From Paraspadella gotoi (lineage: Eukaryota; Animalia; Chaetognatha), in NCBI GenBank assembly GCA_051294375.1, contig CM119267.1:12905081-12969080 (forward strand): a stretch of DNA of 64,000 nucleotides, in the 5' to 3' direction. Below, piece after piece: positions 22,501-32,789 of the stretch. The translations under genes and the position numbers were made by a program. The notes below the pieces were generated by a model. That model searched no databases, was not told the DNA's origin, and saw nothing but the letters and a program-made list of their open reading frames with translations. How positions within the stretch are numbered: the first letter of the stretch is position 1; every line of letters begins with the position of its first letter.

Positions 22501-25371
22501 CTATCCATATCCTGGTGGTTTTGAGAAGAAATACTAAGTGGAAGGGGCGACTAGATTGCCTGTCTTTGACTTAAAAAGGGATCAAAAAAGGAACATGGCA
22601 TTCTTGAGCCTGTTCATCTTGGGGTTGACAATCTTGAGCTTGGCCGTTTTTAAATTGGCTGTCTTGAGTTTCGTTGTCTTCCAAATTCTCTTGCCTTGCT
22701 TCGCGAGACTCTTGCAAGGGATCCAACAATTGCTGCATGCTTTTTGTGAGTACTGCTGTATGGAGAAAGTCAACGGAAACGCTGGTTTTGTTCTTTTGTT
22801 TTTTTCGAAAATGATTTGCAATGCGGCATTTGACTCTATTAATGAGATCATAAAAACGATTCTCTCTATCATCCTCACTTAATTCTTGTTTGAACTGTTC
22901 AACAACCCACATTGCAACCTTTTGGTAACTGTCAACTTCATTTTTTTTTTCAAAAGCTTCTTTAAAAGTAACCCGACGTCTTTCAAGGTCAGATTCTTCC
23001 ATGGTAACAATAAATGCCCGAAGTGCGCAAAACTGAAAAAAATTTACTAATGAAATGCGAGGTTTTGGCATATATTTTTAGTCGGATCTTCTTATAAGCA
23101 GACCCCGACTTTGAGATAAAATGATTGTCATTTTTTTATTATAAATTATTGATAGTTTTTATATTTTTCTATTTGTTGGCTCAAACTTTTAAATCTTTGT
23201 AATTGGTATATAACTTATTAGAATAATTTAAAAAATTGTTAAAATTTATTAATGAATTTAAATAATCAAAATGTCTTCTGATATGATTCAAAGTAAAATT
23301 CAAAGTAAAATGAATATTTCTCCCTTCTTCTCCCTATTTCAACTGTGGATATCAACTTTGGAATATAATATAATATAATATAATACTTTTTAGACGAGAC
23401 GAGACGAGTCTTGTTGACGAGACTGATTGACGAAACCTTTTGGACGAGACTTGTTGACNNNNNNNNNNNNNNNNNNNNNNNNNNNNNNNNNNNNNNNNNN
23501 NNNNNNNNNNNNNNNNNNNNNNNNNNNNNNNNNNNNNNNNNNNNNNNNNNNNNNNNNNAGGGCGTTAACCTGGAGGTCTTTTTAGAAAATCAGGCAGTAA
23601 TCAGGCAAAATCTTGTCGGTAAATCATTTTTATCATATCAGAAACTCGAATTATGATAAATTATGCAAAAAAAGTCCGTCTGTCTGTCCGTCCCCCCTAA
23701 GCATTAAACTTCAATTACTCGTTATTGGATGGATGGATTGGAATGAAATTGTGTGTGTGGGTAGGAAAGTGTGTGATTGAGTTGGATATAAAGTTTCGAT
23801 AGAATCGTGCGAGTTTAAAGTTTAAATGGAAAAAAAAATCTATTTCACTATTTGAACGCTAATTACGGACGGGGCGATTGACTTAAAATTTTGTATGTGG
23901 GGAGGAAAGTGTGTGATGAAGCTGGATATCAAGTTTCGATGGAATCGTCTGAGTGGAAATGAGTTTAAATTGAAAAAATAAAAAACCTGTTTCACTAATT
24001 GATTATGCTTCTTTTTCTTTTTATATTAAATGTAAATGCAAGATGTATTAATTAATCAGTTAATTAATCAATTAATAAATAATTAATCGGTCAATTAAAT
24101 ATACAATCAATCAATTTATTTAGTTAATAATTAATATAATAAAGTAATTAATCTACAATCAAGTCTATCATTATCAGCATTATTATCATCGTCGCAATCA
24201 TCCTCGTTGCTTTTGTCGTGGTCAGTGACGAAAAGACCTAAAAACAAACATTTTGGATCAAATTAATTAATTTATTAGTTAATTTATTATTTTAGTTTAT
24301 ATAGTTTGTATTAATTAATTAATTACCGCTAATGATCGTGGGCAGATCCGACATTGTTTATTCAAACTTTTTTTTTTGCACATGACTGGAGGTGGAATTT
24401 CCATCTTGTAGAATATCTATTAAGTACTCCCGCAGAGATTCTACCCGTGGAGGCAATTGACATCCAACAATGATGTCTACAAACGCAACCTCTTTTCTGA
24501 AGCCGGCGTGGTTTATGAGAGAGCGGAAAATAGACGGAAAATAGATCATGGTGGTCGTTTAACTGGGTAAATTTATTTCTTATACGTAAATTTTTCCGGG
24601 TATGTACTTTGCACGTAGATTATGAGACTTGTAGAATTGTATAATTTTAACGTGAGTGCAACCAATGGTAATAATTAATAAAATCTGTTCGGTTATGTTT
24701 AAAAGAAAACGGAATACGGAAAATGTTACAACGCAAGTATTGTTCGATCCGCAATTCTTCATGGGTGACGAGTGCCCTTTCGTCGAAGATCAGACGACGC
24801 AAATCTCCCCGGAGATTTTCCCCGCTTCGATGTCCCTTAACGATTTGGCGAGAGATATTTCAGCCATGTACAACGCTTCTGTCGGAGGTTAATCGAAACA
24901 AAATTTTATTCTTACTTATTACTACTTATATTTCTCTTCGACATAGGTTCTATATTTTTCGGTTTTTCCGGTTCTACCTACGAACTTCGGACGAGCGGCA
25001 TCAAGATTCTCTCTCCTTCGATTAGTTCTTTTGAGCGAATCGTTCACGATGCTGTAAGCAGTATGAAACCTAACTCTCCGGTTTTTCCTGCGCGCGTCTT
25101 CCTCCATGCCATCTATGAGCGCGAGTCTTCCTCGGAGATTACCCCGATCCGCGACAAGTTCGTGATCGAAATCCGCGTGGCGCCTCGACACGATTTGGAG
25201 TTTTTCTCGGTAATGTTCCGAGAAACTGCAGACGTTCGACCTCACAGAGGCCTAGTGGCTTTCGACGTCAGAACGGGAAAGATGGTGGGGCAACGCTCTT
25301 TCTATCTGCGACTTGGCACAGAAGTGAGGGAAGTTTCTGTCAACGAAATTCGAAAACGAGCTTTCGAGTAA
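13553..25371 (+). CDS. Extended-Tudor + two Schlafen/AlbA_2-like domain protein; exons 13553-14443, 14532-14864, 24436-24566, 24706-24887, 24947-25371 (~653 aa)
   Basis: Exon 1 has the eTudor pattern FWGIVG...LEVGQVVLCRS...IFRAVIL...VFALDNGY...PLFS. Exon 2 has DIVRFLNSQTKGSVVFGI...FRFIEVV...HVMFLDV. Exons 4-5 have LARDISAMYNASVGGSIFFG...FVIEIRVAP...FYLRLGTEVREVSVNEI. All four introns are GT-AG with matching phases (0,0,2,1). The join across the gapped 9.6-kb intron is inferred. Confidence 0.72.
15036..15853. mobile_element. TTAA-flanked MITE (Sola3/Kolobok-like termini)
   Basis: TTAA|GAAAAAGGGTCATTCA...TGAATGACCTTTCCTC|TTAA. Inverted copies at 31322-32781 (with a nested MITE) and 49127-49944. 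Confidence 0.75.
18567..18591. other. Assembly gap (25 N); other gaps at 23459-23558 (100 N) and 30408-30432 (25 N)
   Basis: N runs in the sequence. Confidence 0.99.
18770..19645. repeat. ~155-180-bp tandem repeat, about 5-6 noisy units
   Basis: AAGCATCACATTTC-like anchors at ~18790, 18944, 19102, 19282, 19452 and 19629. Confidence 0.7.
20142..23002 (-). pseudogene. RAG1-like/Transib-superfamily DDE transposase, disabled; exons ~23002-21131, 20827-20504, 20416-20142
   Basis: Motifs in order: RGRP, WLTGFDGSG (D1), LLLADGKAV...VFCNYC (D2 + CxxC), PRPLHQRLR, GGTTDTGNAAWRFF, SIHAVLAH, GLGQMTEQGPEGLNKFVRRF (catalytic E), RLQLFSDP. Two phase-compatible GT-AG introns. In-frame TAA at 21219-21221; frameshift plus TAG at ~22551-22590. 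Confidence 0.88.
23076..24377 (+). mobile_element. HINE-like family B element (interrupted by N-gap)
   Basis: 5' TTTTTAGTCGGATCT..TTATAAGCAGACCCCGACT, GTCY microsatellite, 3' GGCAGATCCGACATTGTTTATTCAAACTTT. Further copies at ~43285-45000, ~45032-46135, end ~48205 and ~16000-16115 (-). Confidence 0.65.
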
Positions 25372-25999
25372 GTTAGACTTAAATGTGGAAAACGATTGAA
25401 GTTCATTTTTAGAAAGTTAGTAGCTTTTCGTCGGTTTGGCTGTTGTTCTGTAACTCCGTTCTATATCATTCGGTTAATATTGCTTCATTTAATGTTCAAT
25501 TTATGCTTAATACTGTTTCAAACTTGTAATCATGTGATTACGTGCAAATCCGATAATAAAATAATATGACCAGAAAGTTAATTTAATTGATACTAAAGTG
25601 AGGTATCATTTTACGCTGGTTATTCGTATATCTTATGACCTTATTGAAATGCGTTTGCGAGATTAGAAAGTCAAAAACAGAATAATTTGTATGATCTTTA
25701 ATTAATTATCTTATAACATATAAGTACGTAAATGATTAATAATAATTCATAAGACGCTTTTTTTGCATATTTCTCATATTTGTATAGACTGACGACGTAC
25801 ACGTTATCATTTGTATATCCGTGCAAGTAGTAAGTCAAGCGGCGCGACAAATTGGAATATCCGTTTTTAGTTATAATAATTTTGACTGTTTCCATTTAAT
25901 TTTTTTTACAGAGACTTATTGGATCGGTGGCGTTCTGCCACAAAATTAGGAAAAGATTTACTGGCGAAGAAGTGACCTTAAAAAGCTAATGTGTTGATC

Positions 26000-26525
26000 T
26001 TTTTTTCTTGCCAGACGGGCTAAAGCCTTGGGCGTAGATAATCGTTTGCTTTTTGTGACGTCGTCGTTGTCATCACGCTTTTTTACAATTGGAAATTGTA
26101 AAAGTGTATGGTGGACTAAAATCAACCTTCAGCGGCCATTGATGCAGGAGTCAAGTTATTTGTTTCCCAACCCAAAGTTCCGGGTAGTCGCCTAGAGGGA
26201 TAGGGCGCTTAACCCGCCTGTAGCACGGTATTACAGAAGCTTATTGAACGGTTCTGTCACTACCTCATAACAATTCTTACTGTCTTATTGGTGAGCTCGA
26301 CTTTCGAACACAACAGCAACAACTTTCTGGCAACGTGCCTCAACCTGGCGATGCACTTTCCGCCAACACATCAGGCGACATGCCTCAACTTGGTGACAAA
26401 TTTTCCACCTACAATACACTGAAGAGACGTAACAGATTTTTCCCCTGGGGAGAGGGGATTTCTTCTTTTGTTATTTTTTCATTAATTTTCTTTTATATTA
26501 ACATCTGGCGAGATCACTATACTTT
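26000..26525 (+). mobile_element. HINE-like family A element
   Basis: 5' TCTTGCCAGACGGGCTAAAGCC, GTC microsatellite, 3' ACATCTGGCGAGATCACTATACTTT. Confidence 0.7.
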
Positions 26526-28210
26526 GGGATTTTTTTGTAAATCATTTAACCACTGAAATTGTACATTTCTTTGTCTTTTACTTTTTTATTATGAGCATTT
26601 TCCTTTTAATTTCTGTCTGCACCCACTTGATCTTCAGTTGCATCGCTCTATACAAAATATTAAATTTTTGCCCGTTTTAATTTTAATAAACCAGAGGGTG
26701 GTATAAACAAAATAATATTTTTAAAAACAAAATAACAGTAAAATTTAGTTTAAGTATATCCACTAGAGGTTTTAAAATTTTTTTTAAAACAAAAGAACAG
26801 TCAAAATAAATTTAAGTTTTTGTTTTTTTTTTATTTTCTTATTTTCTTATTCTATGTCTTGATTAAAGAATTTTATAAATATTTTTGCTAGTATTAAAAT
26901 ATTATTAGTTCCGCAGTAACAGTTATTTTAAGCCCTTGAAAGTGATTTACATGTATTGGCGCAGCCACTGGTTTATCGATTTTGTTGAATTCGCGATTTT
27001 CAGAACAGAGAGGGCATTGCGGATTTAAATTAGGCTTATTTTCTTAAAGTTAAGTGTTAAGGTTTAAAGGTTTTTTTTGGCGTCTCATTGTTCAAAAATC
27101 ATTATTTTTATAGTTTTTATATAATTTTTATATTTTATCGTTTTTAAGTTTTAAAATGTATAAAACTATAATTTTTCCTTCATTAATAAAAATAATCATC
27201 ATTTGTAGACCATCTGAGCATTCTGTTTTTAAAAAAATGTTTAATATTTAGAGCTTTTATTAACATTCGCATGACTGTTTTTACTTTTTTACTTGGCAAT
27301 TGGCAATTATGTTTTATCATAGTTACAAATTTACTAAATGTGATATTTCGTTTGTGTTAATATTTTTCAATAGACAGGACTTATATCCGCTAAGAGGCAG
27401 TTTCAGTTCTGATTCAGCTCTTGCTTAGGATTTTAGAAATCCCTTACAGCGGTTCTTCTACATAATTATCTAATTTTGACAGCATTAGCACATTAATGAA
27501 TACGTAATACGTATTGCAATGGGTAATGATGAAAATATCAAAGTTGATGAGGATAATTTAAAAAGCTATATACATATTATAAATATTAAATAATTATATG
27601 AAATTGGTACAAAAAATATAAAATGTATCCATTCATCTTATAAATAAGCTATCTTGCCCATGACTTTGGACAGGCTATGGTGGTTTAAGGCCTCCATCAC
27701 TCTTACAAGATAATGACATAACAGGTCCCTGCAAGCTTTCAATCAAGTCTCTCACAGTCTCGTTTATTCACTTCCAGAGTACCTGGCTTCCCTATCAATG
27801 AAGTGGAAAATATTTTAAAGAATGTTTCACTTGTATGAAAAGACCACTCCCTTACCATGATAGAAAAAAAATTGGTTTGGAAAAGTCGGTTAATTTTGTT
27901 ATCAAATAGATATTTTGGCCAGTAAATAGGTTTTAAGAGTAATATGACCTCCCTAGGACTGAAAAAAAAATTATTTCTCAACAGTATAAAATTATTTAAT
28001 GCATTCAGATACTTCTAAAAAAGGTTGTCTCCAACTGTTTTGACCTTTTTCTGATCAAGAGGACTACTCACATTTTTAATATTTTATCTCTGATATGATA
28101 TTTTTTATCAGATTTAAAGCAAAAAATAGTCTTTGGCAAGCAGCAAAAAAGATTTATCCCATATAAAGTAAACCAGGCTTGAGTTGTTGTTGCATAATAT
28201 GATGTATTAT

Positions 28211-28789
28211 TAGAGCCAAACTTTGTCAATGGGGTGGGTCAGAAGTTTGATTTAGGAACCTTCCCAAATGAAACTTCATACATTTCTGAGAAAACTTTCA
28301 ATGGACCAAAATTTTCTAAAATGGCGAGAAGCACTAGTAATTAATTTTTTAATATTTATTTATATATAGGAAATGTAAAAAAAATTTTTGGCATTTTGTA
28401 TTTTTAAAAGCAGATTCAGATAGCTTATGAAAAGTTGTCTGAATAAAGTAAGTGGGTCAAAATTGGGAAAAACCTGAAAAAATCTTCATCATCATTATCC
28501 GATAATTTTAATAGTTTTTGCTCATTTTCAGTAACAAAACATCACAATTTTAAAAAGTTGTAATTATATTTTTTGCCTAACTTTTTTAGCTCAACCAGAA
28601 TCAATTAAGAAAACTTAGAATATTAAAAAAAATGTTTATATTATATAGCAAAATAATAATTTTAATTAACGAATTACTCATGGTTCGGAACATTTTTGCA
28701 AAAAAATATTTTAACACAATAACTAATACCAATAATGGATTCGTTTAATACTGTTCCCATTAAATTTTGAATTTGGTCGGCTACCGCTA
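28211..28789 (+). mobile_element. Copy of the TAGAGCCAAAC MITE family
   Basis: High similarity to 1473-2078; GTATTAT(T) duplicated on both flanks. Confidence 0.75.
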
Positions 28790-31700
28790 GTATTATTTTT
28801 CATTTCAACAAAATCTTGATTTTTTTTTTTTAGATTTGTTTGATATTTGGTTCTGATAATCCAACCAGTGGTAAATAAAAATGATGACTTTATTCATAGA
28901 AAGTTTACCCGGAGTATTATAACTTTTATTAATACTTTATAATATAAAAAGAATATTCTGGAGTATCAACAGCATCAATGTATTTTTAAGGTCTCTCTTT
29001 TTTTGATATATGAATTAAGATTCATCTTTGAATCTGTCCTAATGGAGATGATGCAATTATTATTTGAGAAAAGGCAAGGATTATTAATAGAGTGGAGGTG
29101 GTCGAGATAAAAATGGCTAACAAAATGAGATGAATCGATTTATTGAAATCAGAAAAGCGAATGGAATCGAATTGGCTAATTGTACAAAGTGGCATTCATT
29201 TTTATACGGCGAGAGAGAGAAAATTTGGTTTACATTTGTAAAGTAAACAATTCTAAAATACTTCCAAATAAGGTAACGTTTTGCGACCGGCGTTTGAACA
29301 GAAGGAGCAAAATATTTCTTAGCGGGCATTGGAATTTTTAAAGAATTCGGCCGGCGATTTTATTTACTTTCTTACTAATAATAATAATCAGGATCTCCAC
29401 TATAGTAACGGTTTAACTCAAAAAGTAATAAAAAGGAACCGGAAATTAGTATAAATAAAAAGTAGAGATATGAAAAGATAAAAAAGGAAGCATTTTTTTG
29501 GACAACTCATTTTCTTTTGCATGGAACTCTTGTATTTTTTGTCGTACATAAATGAGACTCAGCTTATATGAATCACAAAAGTCTAAAGTTTCTTGATATG
29601 TAAATTTTATTTTTTGCGGGGTGGCTCTAGGGGCGGCCCCAGGGTGCAGACTATTCCAGGGGGAGCAGCAAAATGGTTATTGAGGGGGGCGCTCCTAATA
29701 GACCCAAAATGTTTGCCCCAGGGGGAACCCCCTGAGTCGGCCCCCCGGGGCCCCTCGGGGAGCAAAAAAGTGCTCCCCCAAAGGCGAGTTAAGGAGAGAG
29801 CAAAGTTTAGATGAGAATATATATTCTTTCTGACTATGTTATTGTATCTGAGAATATCTCTCCCTGTCTGTTACTCTTTTTTTCACTCTTTCTCTCTCCC
29901 TTTTTCTTTCTCTCTCCTTTTTTCTTTCTTTCTCTCTCTCTCTCTTTTTCTCTTTCTCTTTCTTTCTCTCTTTCTTTTTTCTTTTTATCTCTTTCTCTCT
30001 CTTTCAAGACTTATTTCATGTAACTGAAAAAAATATATATTTTTTTCAAATTATTGTTAACTCGTTTATTCCATATTTTATCTAAAAATTATAATATTTA
30101 TATTTTTGAACCTAATTATTTTATTTCAATTAAAAGATATAGAAACAAGTTTGAACAAATAATATATGATATGGCCACAATAATTTAGTAGTAAGAAGCT
30201 AATCAGTCATGTTTTTTTTTTTTTTTTTTCTTTCTTTTGTTTTCCTTTTTTTTTCTTTTGTTGGATGGACATTAAGGCGTAGTAAAATTTCTAAATTTAA
30301 CTTTAATTAAAATTCTAAAAGTGAGGAACGAACAACATTATACTAATGAACATTTATATAATAAATGTATTATAAATTTTACAATTTACGCAGTAGGCCA
30401 TATTTATNNNNNNNNNNNNNNNNNNNNNNNNNACTAGTACTAAACTAATAAATGTTAAAATTTCAAAACAGTTTTTCTAAGATTTTTTGGAGATTTGGAT
30501 TCGTCATAAAAAAGTTGATAAAAAGAAATATAACTCTTTTTGAAAAATTCCTTCATTAAGTGGTCAAAAAATTAAAAAACTATATTTTAAGCTGAAAATT
30601 AACTTTTTATATATTAAATATAGTTTTTTTAACTTTTAACCCACGTAATGAAAGAATTTTTAAAAATGATTTATATTTTCTTTTATCAACTTTTTGACGA
30701 GGAATTCAAATCTGCCAATCAAAATTAAGAAAAGCCTATTTTGAAATTTTTTTTGATTTTATAAGGATAGTACTATATATAAATATAGCCTACTGCGAAA
30801 ATTAAAAAGCATAAAATTAATTTTTTTTACAAATTAATCGTTTACATGGTATGGTTATGTTGTTTCATAATTGACTTTTAGAATTTTCGTATTGTAACTT
30901 TCACTACGCCTACGAGATTAATTTTTTTAAAAAATTTTAATTTGATGCTTCAAAAAAGAATTAAATAAATCATAAATAAACAAATAATGAGCAGTAACCG
31001 ACAGACGCAGCTGAATTATGGAGTCACAAAAAAAAAACTATTATCAAAAGTTTTTAATTCATGATTAACATTAAATGAGTTCCACATCGTGAAAGAAATG
31101 TTTTTTCATTTAAGATTTGTATTTAATAATCGTCAGTTTGTAGATTGCCTCAGATGAACTCACGTTGTTGAGGAGAGGCTGACGGTTTGAGACAGAGAGA
31201 GTGAGCAAAACTTTATATCAAGCTCAATGACATACTTTTCTACCCACACAAGATTTTATTTCAATCCATCTACCTAATCACGAATAATTGAAGTTTAATG
31301 CTAATGTGGGACGCAACTTAAGAGGAAAGGTCATTCAGCATAAACAATGCGTAACCATTTGTATTAGAGCTAATACATCGAGAAATACATTATAGCCATC
31401 AGTAAATCACAAAAAAATAGTTTTTATTTATATATAAACATTCTGTTTTCAATAATTTTTTTAAATTCGGTAATAACAAATTGTCAGCTTAAACGGTAAG
31501 CCATATTTTTAAAGAATTTTGTTTTTCAATACTGGTTGTTAAAAAAATTCTAGGTACAGAAGTTACTAAAACACAGTAAAGGGAAAGTTTTAGAAGAGGA
31601 GAATTAAACAATTAATCCTTGTTAACTCTTGTTGGTTTTCACAAGTCATGAACAATAAATCTTCAGTTAAAAAGATGGTAAAGGAGGAATTTTGAGATAC

Positions 31701-32789
31701 AATGAATCTACACTGAATTTTGAAGAGGTTTGCAGCCTTAAAACGACTACACATAATATTGATTTAAAAATTTGATTAGCAATCTTAAATAGAGCCAAAC
31801 TTGTCAATGGGGTGGGTCAGAAGTTTGAATTTGGGAAACCTTTCCCAATGAAACTTCATACATTTCTGAGAAAACTTTCAATGGACGCAAAATTTTCTAA
31901 AATGGCGAGAAGCATTAGATAATTAATTTTTTAATATTATTTATATATAGGAAGATGCTAAAAATTTAAATTTGCATTTTGGTATTCTTTTTAAAGCAGA
32001 TTCAGATAGCTTAATGAAAAGTTATCTCAAAATGAATCTTTTCAATATTGATGTAAGTGGGTTTCAAAATTGGAAAAAACCTTAAAAAATCTCACATCAT
32101 CAATCTATCCGCGAATTTTACAGTTTTTACTAATTCTTCAGTAATGAAAACATCACAATTTAAAAAAGCTTGTAATTATATTTTTGCCTAACTTTTTAGC
32201 CTAACAGAATCAATTAAGAAAACTTAAAATATCCAAAAAAAAATGTTTTGATATTATATAGCAAATAAAAATATTTTAGACCCAACATTCACTCATAGGT
32301 TCGGGCACATTTTCTGTCAAAAACAATATTTAACACAATAATATACCAATAATGGATTCGTTTAATGCTGTTCCATTAAAATTTGAATTTGGTCGGCTAC
32401 CTCTACTTAAAATACAGTTGCAATAAAATGTAATAGGAGACTATTTGATAAACGCGTTCCAGTTAGGAAGAATAGGGTTAAGTTAAAAATGTTTCATTTT
32501 CAAGGATACAAGTTGAAATTTAAAAATGTCTCTCTATTACATTTTTCGAATTCACAAATAAAAAATTCATAAAAAATATCAGATGGATTGGCTTTTTCGT
32601 TTGACCTGCAACTCTTCAGATAGGTTTCTTTTATTTTATATTATAATTAAAACCGATATAAAATGGTGTAGAATGTATCAAATGTTTAATGTAAATACAT
32701 TTCGGAATCACCAGAAGCTCAGCTTTTTGAATCTGTACTCTCTTCTGCTATTTTTGAAGTTGAATTGAATGACCCTTTTTCTTAAAGAC

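Noticed and set aside
16400-23460. RSS-like (CACAGTG/CACTATG) TIRs around the RAG1-like gene
   Set aside because: I found no convincing inverted pair or 5-bp TSD by eye. The flanks are gapped and noisy, so this is unresolved rather than absent.
24358-24549. Minus-strand 63-aa ORF as a separate gene
   Set aside because: It is the antisense shadow of plus-strand exon 24436-24566 and runs into a repeat end.
24656-25371. RAG2-like partner for the RAG1-like transposase
   Set aside because: Divergent rather than convergent orientation, no kelch or PHD pattern, and the sequence fits a Schlafen/AlbA_2 domain of the host gene.
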